NCBI GenBank assembly: GCA_965206765.1
Contig: OZ242222.1
Coordinates: 1,191,165-1,255,164 of the forward strand
Origin: Candidatus Multivorans sp.
GTDB lineage: Bacteria; Acidobacteriota; Thermoanaerobaculia; Multivoradales; Multivoraceae
Length of the DNA: 64,000 bases
Direction: 5' to 3'
Below, one piece after another: positions 19,491 to 29,974 of the stretch. Both the position numbers and the translations under genes were made by a program. Positions within the stretch are counted from its first letter, which is position 1; each line of letters starts with the position of its first letter. Under the pieces are notes generated by a model. That model was given only the letters and a program-made list of their open reading frames with translations, searched no databases and was not told the origin of the DNA.

Positions 19491-19528
19491 CGGCCGCAGT
19501 GTAACGAGGCTGCGGTCCTTCCGACGAT

Positions 19529-20794
19529 CTACTCCGCCACCGGAGGCGGCGCCTCGGCCTCTTCGCCGATGACGAGCGCAGCCGCGACCTCGCGCTGCAG
19601 CCGCTCCGGATCCCGGCGCACGTAGAGCCGGGCGAGTTCCTGGCCGCGTTCGACCTTCTGGCCGAGGCGGACGTCGTACCGGAGCGCGACGGCGTGGTCG
19701 ATCCTGTTCGGGTCGCGGTCCGGGCGGCAGGCGTCCGCGAAGGCGTTGCCGATCCGCCGGCAGTCGACGGCCGCGAGGAAGCCCGACTCGGAGGCGGTGA
19801 CGACGGCCTCGATCGGCGCCAGCTCCAGAGAGTCGGTCCAGCCTGATGCGGCGCCCTGGGCGTCGGCCCAGTCGATCAGCTTCTGGCGGGCGGCGCCCGA
19901 CGCGATCACGGCCTCGATCTCCTTTGGAAGAATCTCCTTGCCGACCAGACGGGCAGCCTTCCGGCAGATCGCTGCGACCACTTCGAACTGTCGCGGGTCG
20001 CCGTCCCCGCCCAGGCAATCCAGGGCCTCGCGTACTTCGGCCGCGTGGCCGACCCACCGGCCAAGAGGCTGACTCATGTCGCTCAAGACATAGTCCGCCG
20101 GCGTGCCGCAGGCGGCGCTGATCGAGACCAGGCCGGACGCCAGTGTGCGGGTGTCGTCCGAATCGGGAAAAAAGCCGCCGTTGCCGGTCTTGACGTCGAA
20201 CACGATCCCGGACGCGCCCAGGGCGAGCTTCTTCGACAGGATGCTGCCGACGACGAGCGGGATCGAACTCACCGTCGAGGTCCGGTCCCTCAGGCCGTAC
20301 AGACGCCTGTCGGCCGGTGCGATGCCGGCGGTGGCGATGCCGATCGCCATGCCGAAGCGCTCGAGCAGACCGAGGGTCCTGCTCCGGTCCAGCTCCAACT
20401 GCACACCGGGGATGCTCTCCAGCTTGTCCGCGGTGCCGCCGCTGTGGCCCAGGGAGCGGCCAGTGAGCTTGGCGGCCGGCACGCCGCACGAGGCGAGCAC
20501 CGGCAGAACGATCAGGCTGACCGTATCGCCCACTCCGCCGGTCGAGTGCTTGTCCACGAGCGGACCGAAGTCCGCGGCCAGCGCCCATCGGTCGCCGGAC
20601 TCGAGCATCGCCAGGGTCAACTCCCGCGTCTCGTCGGAATCGAGACCCCGCATCGCGGCGGCCATCAGGAAGGCGGCAAGGTGTACGTCCGTCCAGCTCC
20701 CATCGGCCGCTCCCGCGACCACCGACCACACCTCGTCACGGGTCAGCGTCCGCCCTTGACGCATCCGGTTCAGAATGCCGTAGGGCGTGACCAT
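19529..20794 (-). CDS. pdp: Thymidine / pyrimidine-nucleoside phosphorylase
   Basis: Start at the ATG at 20794 (MVTPYGILNRMRQGRTLTRDEVW). DKHSTGGVGD phosphate-binding motif and the C-terminal PYNP domain. Confidence 0.85.
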   Translation of the reverse strand: MVTPYGILNRMRQGRTLTRDEVWSVVAGAADGSWTDVHLAAFLMAAAMRGLDSDETRELTLAMLESGDRWALAADFGPLVDKHSTGGVGDTVSLIVLPVLASCGVPAAKLTGRSLGHSGGTADKLESIPGVQLELDRSRTLGLLERFGMAIGIATAGIAPADRRLYGLRDRTSTVSSIPLVVGSILSKKLALGASGIVFDVKTGNGGFFPDSDDTRTLASGLVSISAACGTPADYVLSDMSQPLGRWVGHAAEVREALDCLGGDGDPRQFEVVAAICRKAARLVGKEILPKEIEAVIASGAARQKLIDWADAQGAASGWTDSLELAPIEAVVTASESGFLAAVDCRRIGNAFADACRPDRDPNRIDHAVALRYDVRLGQKVERGQELARLYVRRDPERLQREVAAALVIGEEAEAPPPVAE

Positions 20795-20813
20795 GCGGAC
20801 GGTGTTCTGGCCG

Positions 20814-21653
20814 CTAGCCGCCGAAACTGAATGGACTCGGGGTGACGGGTTCGGGCCCGAGCTGTTGCCGGGCCCTGATCGCGTAGCCGCTGTCCGGGTA
20901 CTCGTCGACGAGGCGCTGGAAGGTCTCCCGAGCGCCCTCCTCGTCGCCGAGTTGCTCCAGGGTCGCGGCGAGCTCGAACAGTAGTGCATCCTTCGGCAGC
21001 GCGGACGTCTCGGTCGCCACCGCGCCGCGGAGTTCAGCCGCAAGCTGCTCTCCCCGGCCCTCGGCGCGGTCGAGGCTGTACAGGTTCAACTGCAGGCTCA
21101 CGGCCAGCGCATGGTCGCCGCCGTTCGTCTCGAGATACTCCTTCCACAGCTCACGCGCCGTCGCGGTATCGCCCTCGGCGGCGGCAATCTGGCCCAGGTA
21201 GACCGAGGCCAGCCGACCCGAGGCCGTGGAACCGTAGCTATCCTGGACCGCTTCGAGCGCCACTCGCGCCTCCCCCCGCCTTTCCGCCTCGGAGGCGAAA
21301 CTCAGGCCCCCGTCTTCCGCGTCTTCTTCCACGACGGAGGTTTCCGGCGCCCCGGCGTCGTCCTCGCCCGGAGCGCTGTCCGGCGGCGTGCCGAACAGAT
21401 CGTCGATGGCGTCCGTCTCCGGTGCATCGATTGGCGCCCGGTAGACCTTGAGCGCTTCACTGAGCTGGAAGCTCGCCTCCGCTTCCCGGCGGTCCTGGTA
21501 GCTGAGGAACAGGACGACGCCGATCACGACGGCGATCACCGCCGCGACCCCGATCAGGATTTGCCGGACGTGATCGGCGAACCAGGAGGAGGCCGAAACC
21601 ACCGCCTCGCGCACCTCGTCCCGCTGGATTTCTTCTCGTGTCAAACGGCTCAT
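20814..21653 (-). CDS. Hypothetical membrane-anchored protein with a TPR-like C-terminal domain (YfgM-like)
   Basis: N-terminal TM ([19 protein letters not shown]) followed by an acidic linker and an A/L/E-rich helical repeat region. No catalytic motifs. Confidence 0.5.
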   Translation of the reverse strand: MSRLTREEIQRDEVREAVVSASSWFADHVRQILIGVAAVIAVVIGVVLFLSYQDRREAEASFQLSEALKVYRAPIDAPETDAIDDLFGTPPDSAPGEDDAGAPETSVVEEDAEDGGLSFASEAERRGEARVALEAVQDSYGSTASGRLASVYLGQIAAAEGDTATARELWKEYLETNGGDHALAVSLQLNLYSLDRAEGRGEQLAAELRGAVATETSALPKDALLFELAATLEQLGDEEGARETFQRLVDEYPDSGYAIRARQQLGPEPVTPSPFSFGG

Positions 21654-21803
21654 TCGAGACCTCCCAAAACGGCGCAAACCCTACCACCGTTGCCAGGACC
21701 GAACGCGCCCGCACTCAAGCTATGGCAGACTCGGCCTGAGGTCCACGGCCCCACGCGGAAACCGCCAACCGGCGACGCCGCTCAACCACCTGGAGCACCC
21801 AAG

Positions 21804-21989
21804 ATGCCGACCCTGGGATTTGGCGAACTGCTGATCGTTCTCGCGATCGTCATCCTGGTCTTCGGGGCCAGCCGTATTCCCAAGCTGGCCGGAGGTCTGG
21901 GCGCCGGCATCCGGAACTTCAAGCGCGGCCTGAACGAGCCCGGCGAAGACGAGGACGAGGACAAGCCGAAGCGCGAGATCGAGGAGTAG
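21804..21989 (+). CDS. tatA: Sec-independent protein translocase TatA/E
   Basis: 61 aa, [33 protein letters not shown], canonical TatA TM plus amphipathic helix. GGAG RBS. Confidence 0.9.
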   Translation: MPTLGFGELLIVLAIVILVFGASRIPKLAGGLGAGIRNFKRGLNEPGEDEDEDKPKREIEE

Positions 21990-22020
21990 CTACGGAGCGA
22001 CGGGTGCGCCTGGAGGGTGG

Positions 22021-22094
22021 TGCGCCTGGGAGGACTCGAACCTCCGACCTCTGGATTAGGAATCCAGCGCTCTATCCTGCTGAGCTACAGGCGC
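22021..22094 (-). tRNA. tRNA-Arg (anticodon CCT)
   Basis: Manual cloverleaf: the GCGCCUG acceptor stem pairs with CAGGCGC, the D-arm is GCUC/GAGC, the anticodon stem CUGGA/UCCAG carries loop UUCCUAA (CCU), and the T-arm is GGAGG-UUCGAGU-CCUCC. CCA is not encoded. Confidence 0.9.
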
Positions 22095-22134
22095 TGACCC
22101 GTGGGGCCGGCCCGGCGGCCGGCCGCCAAGGATC

Positions 22135-22668
22135 TCAGTAACGGACCAGCGATTCAACCACGTCGTAGCCTTCGAGGCGTCGCCGGCCTTCGAGGTACGT
22201 CAGTTCGACGACGAATCCGATGGCCTCGACCCGGGCCCCGACCGACTCGACCAGGTCGGCGGCCGCCCTCGCAGTGCCGCCGGTGGCAAGCAGATCGTCA
22301 ACCACGGCCACCCGGTCACCGCGGGCGAGACCGTCGACATGCATCTCCAGCGTGTCGCTGCCGTACTCGAGTTCGTAGGTGCGGGAGGCCGTCTCGGCCG
22401 GCAGCTTTCCGGGTTTCCGCACCGGGACGAAGCCGGCGTTCAGTCGATCCGCCACCAGCGGCGCGAAGATGAACCCCCGCGCTTCGATCCCGACCACCTG
22501 ATCGATCCGACGGTCCGCAAACCGTTCGGCGAGCCGGTCGGCTGCCTCTCGCAGCGCCGCCGGCTCCTTGAGCAGCGTCGTGATGTCCTTGAACAGGATG
22601 CCGGGCTTCGGGAAGTCGGGTACCTCGCGAATCCAGTTCTTCAGTCGGTTCGCGTCGTCCGATTCCAT
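22135..22668 (-). CDS. apt: Adenine phosphoribosyltransferase
   Basis: 177 aa, PRPP-binding motif [14 protein letters not shown]. Confidence 0.9.
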   Translation of the reverse strand: MESDDANRLKNWIREVPDFPKPGILFKDITTLLKEPAALREAADRLAERFADRRIDQVVGIEARGFIFAPLVADRLNAGFVPVRKPGKLPAETASRTYELEYGSDTLEMHVDGLARGDRVAVVDDLLATGGTARAAADLVESVGARVEAIGFVVELTYLEGRRRLEGYDVVESLVRY

Positions 22669-22677
22669 CGCCGCCTC

Positions 22678-23304
22678 CTACTCGACCTTGGTCTTCCAGC
22701 CGTGCCGGCCGATCAGGGGCACGAAGCGGACCGGTTCGCCGACCTCGCGCGTGACCATGCCGTTCTGGTGCTTCTGGTAGTCGATCAGCCGCTGCTCGTG
22801 CTGATCCCCCTCGGGAATCACCAGACGGCCACCCGGCGCCAGTTGATCGAGAAGCGCGTCCGGAACCCGGGGCGCCGCCGCGGCAACGAGAATGCGGTCG
22901 AAGGGCGCGGCGCTGCTCCAGCCGACCGTGCCGTCGAAGACCTGGATCTTGACGTTGGGCAGTTTGAGCGCCTGGATTCGGCCGATCGCCTCCCGGGCCA
23001 ACTGCCCCACCCTCTCGATGCTGTAGACGCGGCGCGCGAGCGTCGCCAGGACCGCCGTCTGGTAGCCCGATCCCGTGCCGACCTCGAGCACCGAGTCCTC
23101 GTCCCTCACGTCCAGCGCTTCGGTCATGCGCGCGACGATGTAGGGCTGGGAGATCGTCTGATCGCAACCGATCGGCAATGCCCGGTCGCTGTACGCGTCG
23201 TTCACCAGGTGCTCCGGCACGAACAGGTGGCGCGGAACGCGTTCGAGGGCCGCGAGCACCCGCTCGTCCCGCAGGCCGTACTGCTCGACCAGCTTCGTGA
23301 CCAT
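22678..23304 (-). CDS. pcm: Protein-L-isoaspartate O-methyltransferase
   Basis: 208 aa from the ATG at 23304. SAM-binding motif VLEVGTGSGYQTAVLA and the DAY/ISQP segments. Confidence 0.85.
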   Translation of the reverse strand: MVTKLVEQYGLRDERVLAALERVPRHLFVPEHLVNDAYSDRALPIGCDQTISQPYIVARMTEALDVRDEDSVLEVGTGSGYQTAVLATLARRVYSIERVGQLAREAIGRIQALKLPNVKIQVFDGTVGWSSAAPFDRILVAAAAPRVPDALLDQLAPGGRLVIPEGDQHEQRLIDYQKHQNGMVTREVGEPVRFVPLIGRHGWKTKVE

Positions 23305-23354
23305 GCGCCGGCGGGGAAAGCGGTAGGCGCCGCCCAGCCTGGCGCCAGCCGAAT

Positions 23355-24131
23355 TCAAAGGAGCGCTCCAACGAGGCCCGGCAACACACCGTCGCCCTCG
23401 GCGACCGCCCGGCGATCGGTCAGGTCGGCGCTGAGCGGCGTGATCGAGATGTAGCCGTCGCGAACCGCCGCTGCGTCCGTGTCGTGGAGGCGTTCCGGCT
23501 CCGGCTTCCCCACCAGCCAGTACATCGATCCACCGCGCGGATCGTCCTGCTGCACCACCGAGTTGCGATACGGACGCCGGCCAAGCCTCGCGACCTTGAC
23601 GCCGCGCGGCGGATCGAACGGGAAGTTCACGTTGAGGAGCATCCGGTCGGGAATCTCCTGCTCGAGCAAGGAGACGATCGCGCGCGCGGCCAGCGCCGCG
23701 GCCCGTTCCATGTCGGCGGGTTGGTCCTTGCGGTACTCCTGCGAGAAAGCTATCGCCGGTATGCCAAGCAGCCTGCCCTCGAGCGCGGCGCCGACCGTGC
23801 CGCTGTGCGTCACGTCGTCGCCCAGGTTGACCCCGTAGTTGACGCCCGAGACGAGCAGATCGGGGGGCCGGTCCAGCAGCGCGTGGACGCCCACGTTGAC
23901 GCAGTCGGACGGTGTGCCGTCGACCGAGAACCAACCCTCCCGCACCGGCCTGACGCGCAGCGGCCGGAACAGCGTCAGGGCCTGTCCGCATCCGCTCTGC
24001 TCGTGGAGCGGCGCCACCACCTGGTACTCGATCGGCCCCAAGGGCGTCACGGCTTCATCCAGCGCCGCCGCCAGACAGACCAGGCCCCTAGCACCCACGC
24101 CGTCGTCGTTCGTCAGCAGCAGTCGCGTCAC
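23355..24131 (-). CDS. surE: 5'/3'-nucleotidase SurE
   Basis: GTG start at 24131 (VTRLLLTNDDGVGARGL), with a GTGA overlap with the mtnP stop. Conserved NDDG and GTV motifs. Confidence 0.85.
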   Translation of the reverse strand: MTRLLLTNDDGVGARGLVCLAAALDEAVTPLGPIEYQVVAPLHEQSGCGQALTLFRPLRVRPVREGWFSVDGTPSDCVNVGVHALLDRPPDLLVSGVNYGVNLGDDVTHSGTVGAALEGRLLGIPAIAFSQEYRKDQPADMERAAALAARAIVSLLEQEIPDRMLLNVNFPFDPPRGVKVARLGRRPYRNSVVQQDDPRGGSMYWLVGKPEPERLHDTDAAAVRDGYISITPLSADLTDRRAVAEGDGVLPGLVGALL

Positions 24132-25048
24132 TTCGGGCCTCCGCTCTTCGCCGCTGAACTGTCGTCGCCGCGGCCCAGGCGGCGGCCGAGGATCGGGGCC
24201 AGGTCGCGCAGCACGGACGCCGGGATGACCGACGGATCGGTGATCAGGGCGTGCTCCAGTGCATTGGCGCAGGGACACGATCCCTCCGGCCGATCCTCCG
24301 GCAGCGCCCCGACGATCCGCGCCACCGCGGCCTGGGCGGTGCGCGCGTTCTGTTGCAGCACTGCGAGGACGGCAGAGACGGTGACGTCCTCTTCTTCCTC
24401 GTGCCAGCAGTCGTAGTCCGTGATCAGGGCGAGCGTCGAGTAACAGATCTCCGCCTCCCGCGCCAGCTTCGCCTCCTGCAGGTTGGTCATGCCGATCACG
24501 TCCGCGCCCCAGCCACGGTGCATGAACGATTCGGCGCGGGTCGAGAACTGGGGTCCCTCCATGCACACGTACGTGCCGCCGCGGTGGACCACGGCGCCGG
24601 CCGCAGCCGACTGGTCGGCGCAGACCTCCATCAGCACCGGACAAATCGGGTCGGCGAAGGCGACATGGGCAGCCAGACCGTTGCCGAAGAACGTGTCGGG
24701 CCGATGCCGCGTGCGATCGATGAACTGGTCCGGCACCACGATGTGGGTCGGCTGGTAGCGCCGCCGGAGCGAGCCGACGGCCGACAGCGAGATCAACCTT
24801 TCCGTGCCTAGCGTCTTGAAGGCATAGATGTTGGCCCGGAAGTTCAACTCGCTGGGCAGGATGCGGTGGCCGCGGCCGTGACGGGCCAGGAAGGCGACGC
24901 GCCGACCGCTCAGCTCCCCCAGCACGAAGGCATCGGAAGGACTGCCGAACGGCGTCTCGATCGCCCGTTCCTCGTGAACCTCGAGTTCCTCCATGCCGTA
25001 GAGGCCGGAGCCGCCGATGATCCCGACCCTATGGGCGCCCGCGCTCAT
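24128..25048 (-). CDS. mtnP: S-methyl-5'-thioadenosine phosphorylase
   Basis: Start at the ATG at 25048 (MSAGAHRVGIIGGSGLY). PNP/MTAP fold with GMT and ICYSTLALITDYD motifs. Confidence 0.8.
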   Translation of the reverse strand: MSAGAHRVGIIGGSGLYGMEELEVHEERAIETPFGSPSDAFVLGELSGRRVAFLARHGRGHRILPSELNFRANIYAFKTLGTERLISLSAVGSLRRRYQPTHIVVPDQFIDRTRHRPDTFFGNGLAAHVAFADPICPVLMEVCADQSAAAGAVVHRGGTYVCMEGPQFSTRAESFMHRGWGADVIGMTNLQEAKLAREAEICYSTLALITDYDCWHEEEEDVTVSAVLAVLQQNARTAQAAVARIVGALPEDRPEGSCPCANALEHALITDPSVIPASVLRDLAPILGRRLGRGDDSSAAKSGGPK

Positions 25049-26028
25049 GTTTCGCTTCCGGCGATCGTCGAGTTCACCCGTAGCGCCGTCTTGAGCGCCC
25101 GCCGTCCGGCCTCGCCGTCGACGAGTGCGGACCGCCCGCCGGCGCACCGGTCGAGAAACGCCTCCAGTTCCCCGCGCAGCGGTTCGCCCTGCTCCACCTC
25201 GAGATCGGCCGGCACGATGCGCCCGGCCGGTCCGCCGGCTGAGGCGGAGGACGCCGTGGCCGGCGCCGCAACGTCAGCGCCCCGCACTCTCCGGAATCCC
25301 CGCACCGTCTGCTCCTGGTAGTCCAACGAGTAGTACCGATCCTCGAAGAAGACGCGCAATTGCCGCACCCGCTCCGCGGACACCCGCGACGCGGTCAGGT
25401 TCGCGACACAGCCCGACTCGAGTTCGATCCGGGCGTCGGCGATGTCGACCCGGTCCGACAGGACATCGATCCCGACCGCCCGTACTTCGCGCACCGGACT
25501 CGGATCGAGGGCGTGGAGGATCTGCAGGTCGTGAATCATCAGGTCCAGCACCACGTCCACATCCAGGCTGCGAGGGCTGAAGGGCGACATCCGTTCGACT
25601 TCGACGAAGCGGGGCCCACGACCCGTTGCCAACAGTGCCTGAACGGCAGGATTGTAGAACTCGACGTGGCCCGCCGCCAGAACCACGCCGCGCGCCGCCG
25701 CGGTCGCTACCAGTGCGTCCGCCTGGGCGAGGTCGACCGCGATCGGCTTCTCCACCAGGACGTGAACGCCGGCCTCGATCAGACGGCCCGCCACCTCGAG
25801 GTGGTCGACCGTCGGCACAGCGACCACGGCGACGTCGACGGCCTCCGCCAGCTCGCCGAGTCCAGCCGCCACCGCGGCGCCGTGCTCCTCGGCCGCGCTC
25901 TCGGCCCTTGCCGGATCCGCGTCGACCACGAACACCGACCCCGGACCCGACAGGTCGGTCAGCAGGCGCACATGATGCCGGCCCATCACGCCGGCGCCGA
26001 CCACCCCGGCGCGGAGTCCGCTCCCCAT
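25045..26028 (-). CDS. Gfo/Idh/MocA family NAD(P)-dependent oxidoreductase, candidate UDP-GlcNAc 3-dehydrogenase (GnnA-like)
   Basis: N-terminal Rossmann motif GVVGAGVMGRHH and the EKP motif (VLVEKPIA). It sits directly downstream of lpxA in the same orientation. Confidence 0.55.
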   Translation of the reverse strand: MGSGLRAGVVGAGVMGRHHVRLLTDLSGPGSVFVVDADPARAESAAEEHGAAVAAGLGELAEAVDVAVVAVPTVDHLEVAGRLIEAGVHVLVEKPIAVDLAQADALVATAAARGVVLAAGHVEFYNPAVQALLATGRGPRFVEVERMSPFSPRSLDVDVVLDLMIHDLQILHALDPSPVREVRAVGIDVLSDRVDIADARIELESGCVANLTASRVSAERVRQLRVFFEDRYYSLDYQEQTVRGFRRVRGADVAAPATASSASAGGPAGRIVPADLEVEQGEPLRGELEAFLDRCAGGRSALVDGEAGRRALKTALRVNSTIAGSET

Positions 26029-26038
26029 CGGCGCGCCC

Positions 26039-26851
26039 TCAGGCGCCCGCGCCTCGCGAGCCGCGGCGCGCCGAGCGGATGAAGCCTCTGGCGGAACCGC
26101 GAATGAACGCGATCAGCGCGTCCACGTCGGCGTGTCCGGCATGCTCGGTGTCCAGTTCCTCCAGAGCCTGGGTCTTGTTCCGTCGCGAGCGCGTGAGGAC
26201 CCGCACCGCGCGCTCGATCGCCCGGATGTCCTCGGCCGACTTCCCCTTGCGCTCAAGGCCGATGCGGTTGACGCCCATGCACGCCGGCTTGATCCCGACG
26301 CTGATGCAGAACGGCAGCGCGTCCATGGTGATGACCGAGTAGCCGCCGATGTAGGCGTGCCTGCCCACGCGACAGAACTGGTGGACGGCCGAGAAGGCGC
26401 CGATCGTCGCGTCGTCCTCGACCACCACGTGGCCTGCCAGAGTGGCGGCATTGGTAAACACCGTGCGGCTGCCGACCCGGCTGTCGTGGCCGACGTGGCT
26501 CTGGGTCATGAACAGGTTGTCATCGGCGATCCGGGTTTCGCCGCCGCCGAACTTCGTTCCCCGGTTGATCGTGCAGAACTCCCGGAACTGGTTCCGGTCA
26601 CCGATCACCAGCCGGCTGCTTTCCCCCTTGTACTTGAGGTCCTGCGGGTCGAAGCCGATCGCCGCATGGGGAAAGACCCTGTTCGCCCGGCCGAGAACCG
26701 TCTCGCCGTAGATCGTCGCGTGGGCGCCGACCTTCGTGCCGTCGCCGACCTGGACGGCGGCGCCGATCACGGCGTAGGGACCTACGACTACGTCCTCGCC
26801 CAACTCGGCCCCGCGGTCGACGATCGCCGTCGGATGGAGTTCGGCCGTCAT
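26039..26851 (-). CDS. lpxA: Acyl-ACP--UDP-N-acetylglucosamine O-acyltransferase
   Basis: 270 aa, left-handed beta-helix hexapeptide repeats, and the conserved HQF and MGVN segments. Confidence 0.9.
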   Translation of the reverse strand: MTAELHPTAIVDRGAELGEDVVVGPYAVIGAAVQVGDGTKVGAHATIYGETVLGRANRVFPHAAIGFDPQDLKYKGESSRLVIGDRNQFREFCTINRGTKFGGGETRIADDNLFMTQSHVGHDSRVGSRTVFTNAATLAGHVVVEDDATIGAFSAVHQFCRVGRHAYIGGYSVITMDALPFCISVGIKPACMGVNRIGLERKGKSAEDIRAIERAVRVLTRSRRNKTQALEELDTEHAGHADVDALIAFIRGSARGFIRSARRGSRGAGA

Positions 26852-26885
26852 CGTCCGTGCCGTCGCATCAGCAACCGCCAGTGTC

Positions 26886-27356
26886 TCAGACCGCGGCCAT
26901 GGTTGACGTGCAGATCGCCTCCACCGCCAGCTCGCCGTCGACGGTCGCCACGCCCCGGAAACGCGAATGGAAGGTCCGCAGGCGCAAGGACTCCACCTCC
27001 ATCCGCAGTTGATCGCCGGGGACCACCGGCCTGCGAAAGCGAGCCTTCTCGATGCCGGAGAAGAAGAGCACCTTCCGATCCCGGTCTTCGATCTCGTGCA
27101 GCAGCAGCAGCGCCGCCGTCTGCGCCATCGCCTCGATCACCAGGACGCCGGGCATGATCGGGTTGCCCGGGAAGTGACCGTCGAAGAAGGGCTCGTTCCG
27201 CGTCACGTTCTTGACCGCCACCACGCGCTCGCCCGGCACGATCTCCAGCACGCGGTCGACCAGCAGCAACGGGTAGCGGTGCGGCAGCACGCTCGCGATC
27301 CAACGCGAGTCGAACGGGCCCAGGGGCGCCCCGCTCCCGGTCTGCTCTTCGCTCAC
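26886..27356 (-). CDS. fabZ: 3-hydroxyacyl-ACP dehydratase FabZ
   Basis: 156 aa, hot-dog fold motifs [25 protein letters not shown]. Confidence 0.9.
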   Translation of the reverse strand: MSEEQTGSGAPLGPFDSRWIASVLPHRYPLLLVDRVLEIVPGERVVAVKNVTRNEPFFDGHFPGNPIMPGVLVIEAMAQTAALLLLHEIEDRDRKVLFFSGIEKARFRRPVVPGDQLRMEVESLRLRTFHSRFRGVATVDGELAVEAICTSTMAAV

Positions 27357-28480
27357 GTTTCGTCTCCCCCGCCCGTCTCAAGGTCCACTGCCGGCAAAGG
27401 CCCAGCGGCCGACGTCGAGCCGGCCGCCCTGTCGATCTCCGCCGCCTCCAACTCCTGGACGCGGCGCTCGAGACCGCGCAGCGCGGCGCGCATCGCCGGC
27501 AGCCGGGACTGTAGCGCGTTCCGGCGACGCCAGGCGGCGATCGGCATCGCGGGGATTCCTGCAACCCGCTGCCCCGGCGGCACCTCCTGGAACACAGCGG
27601 ACTTCGCCGCGACCTGTACCCCGTCGCCGATCTCGAAATGACCCGCGACTCCCGCCTGACCCGCGAGCAGAACCCGGTCGCCGATGCGGCTGCTGCCCGA
27701 GACCCCCGCCTGTCCGCAGAGGATGCATCCCTCGCCGATCTGCGCGTTGTGACCGACCTGCACCAGGTTGTCGATCTTCGTGCCGCGGCCAACGCGGGTG
27801 GTGTCGAACGTGGCCCGATCGACGGCCGAGTTGGCGCCGATCTCGACGTCATCCTCGATGACGACGACGCCGACCTGGGGCAACTTGATCTGGGACGCCG
27901 CCGCCTCTCCTTCGGCGAAACCGAAGCCGTCCGCTCCGAGCACCACGCCCGAGTGCACGATCACCCGATCGCCGATCCGGCCGCCGTCGTAGACCACGAC
28001 GTGGGGGTGAAGCACCGTACCCGCGCCGATCCGGCAGCCGCGGCCGACTACGCTGTGGGCGCCGACGATGGCGTTTGGGGCAACCGTCGAGCCGGCGCCG
28101 ACGACGGCGAAGGCGTCGATCCGGGCGGCGGCATCGACACGGGCAGTCGCATCGACGCACGCCGTCTCGTGAATGCCCGGCTCGACTTCGGGCGCCGGGA
28201 AGAGCGCCGTCGTCAGTTCGGCCAGAGCGCGGTAGGCGCCGTCGCAGAACAACAGATCGACGCACAGACCGCTCAGCGTGTCGGGCGAGATGTCCTTCGG
28301 CACCAGGAGCGCGCCGGCCTCCGAAGACCGCGCCCGATCCCGGTACCTGGGGTTCGTCAGGAAGGAGAGATCCCGTTCGCCGGCGGCCTCCAGCGTGGCG
28401 ACGCCGTCGATGGGCCGATCCGGATCGCCCACAAGCTCGGCGCCGACCATCGCGGCGAGATCGGCCAGACGCTGGGTCAC
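27353..28480 (-). CDS. lpxD: UDP-3-O-acylglucosamine N-acyltransferase
   Basis: [17 protein letters not shown] aligns with the LpxD N-terminus, followed by hexapeptide repeats. The start is probably the GTG near 28480; the annotated 421-aa ORF is over-extended. Confidence 0.8.
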   Translation of the reverse strand: MTQRLADLAAMVGAELVGDPDRPIDGVATLEAAGERDLSFLTNPRYRDRARSSEAGALLVPKDISPDTLSGLCVDLLFCDGAYRALAELTTALFPAPEVEPGIHETACVDATARVDAAARIDAFAVVGAGSTVAPNAIVGAHSVVGRGCRIGAGTVLHPHVVVYDGGRIGDRVIVHSGVVLGADGFGFAEGEAAASQIKLPQVGVVVIEDDVEIGANSAVDRATFDTTRVGRGTKIDNLVQVGHNAQIGEGCILCGQAGVSGSSRIGDRVLLAGQAGVAGHFEIGDGVQVAAKSAVFQEVPPGQRVAGIPAMPIAAWRRRNALQSRLPAMRAALRGLERRVQELEAAEIDRAAGSTSAAGPLPAVDLETGGGDET

Positions 28481-28569
28481 GAAGCGAGAGTACCGAATCC
28501 CGGTGGACTCCGGTCGGCTCAACGATACGATGCCGGCACTCCCTTCGACGATTCTTGGAGGTTCCTTCG

Positions 28570-29967
28570 ATGGCTGCACCGACCACGTCCCGACCACGTC
28601 GCGAACTCTCGCCCTCACCGATCCGCCGAGCAGCGAGCGCGGTAGCGATCCTCACCTGCGCCGCGCTCTGCGCCACCTCACCGGCCTGGGCTTCCGACGA
28701 CTGGCCCCAGTTCCGGGGTCCCGGGATGAACCCCGCGGTCGAGGACAATCCGAACCTGCCGGATCGCTGGAGCCAGACGGAGAACGTCGAATGGGTGACC
28801 GAGGTCCCGGGTCTCGGCTGGTCGAGTCCGATCGTCTGGGGCAACCGGGTATTCCTCACCGCGGCGGTCGCCGAGGGCGACTTCGAACGTCCGCAGGCCG
28901 GGCTCTACGCCGCGCGCGGGCGGAGCGAACCGCCCCAGGCAGCCCACGACTGGCGGGTCTACTGCCTGGATCTTGCGACCGGCGAGGTTCTCTGGCGCCG
29001 CTCCGTCAGGACGGGGATCCCCGAGTTCCCGCGTCACCAGAAACAGACCTACGCCTCTGAAACCCCCACCACCGACGGCGAGCGCGTCTACGTCCGCTTC
29101 GGCGACCTCGGTGTCTACGCGTTCACGATGGATGGGGCCTCGGTCTGGAGCTTCGACACCCCCCACCGGGAGACGATGTGGGACTACGGCGCCGCGTCCT
29201 CGCCGGTGGTGCACGACGACCTGGTGATCATCCTCTACGACAACGAGGAGGAGTCCTGGATCGCCGCCCTCGACAAGGTCACCGGCAAGCAGCGCTGGCG
29301 CACCGACCGCGACGAGGTGTCGAGCTGGGCCACGCCCCTGGTGTGGACCAACGAAGTCCGTACCGAGATCGTCACCAACGGCAAGAACCGCATCCGCTCC
29401 TACGGCCTCGACGGCGAGCTGCTGTGGGAGATGAACGGTCGCATGTCGTGGGCAGCGATCGCGACACCCTTCGCCGCGCACGACATGGTCTACGTGAACT
29501 CCGGCTACTTCCAGGACCAGCGGCGGCCCGTGTTCGCGATCCGCCCGGGCGCCCTGGGTGACATCACCCTCGAAGAAGACGCCACCGAGAGCGAGTTCGT
29601 CGCCTGGCACCAGCCGAAGGCCGGCAACTACAACACCTCGCCCCTGGTCTACAAGGGCATCTACTACAGCCTGCTGGACCGCGGCTTCTTCGAGGCCTAC
29701 GACGCGCTGACGGGCGAACCGGTGTACGGCCGCCAGCGGGTCGCTCCGCGCGGCGGCGCCAGCTTCACCTCATCGCCGTGGGCCTACAACGACCGCGTGT
29801 TCGCGCTGAGCGAGCAGGGCGACACCTACGTGATCCGGGCCGGCGCCGAGTACGAGGTTCTGCACCTCAACAGCCTCGACGAGATGGCGATGGCATCGCC
29901 CGCGGTCGCGGGCGACCGGCTGCTGATCCGCACCCGGTCGAAGCTCTACAGCATCCGGAACGAATAG
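28570..29967 (+). CDS. Secreted PQQ-like beta-propeller repeat protein (BamB-like fold)
   Basis: ATG at 28570 with a GGAGG RBS. Signal peptide ...AILTCAALCATSPAWA and repeated W/G beta-propeller blades. It lies on the opposite strand between skp and lpxD. Confidence 0.7.
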   Translation: MAAPTTSRPRRELSPSPIRRAASAVAILTCAALCATSPAWASDDWPQFRGPGMNPAVEDNPNLPDRWSQTENVEWVTEVPGLGWSSPIVWGNRVFLTAAVAEGDFERPQAGLYAARGRSEPPQAAHDWRVYCLDLATGEVLWRRSVRTGIPEFPRHQKQTYASETPTTDGERVYVRFGDLGVYAFTMDGASVWSFDTPHRETMWDYGAASSPVVHDDLVIILYDNEEESWIAALDKVTGKQRWRTDRDEVSSWATPLVWTNEVRTEIVTNGKNRIRSYGLDGELLWEMNGRMSWAAIATPFAAHDMVYVNSGYFQDQRRPVFAIRPGALGDITLEEDATESEFVAWHQPKAGNYNTSPLVYKGIYYSLLDRGFFEAYDALTGEPVYGRQRVAPRGGASFTSSPWAYNDRVFALSEQGDTYVIRAGAEYEVLHLNSLDEMAMASPAVAGDRLLIRTRSKLYSIRNE

Positions 29968-29974
29968 CCGAAAG

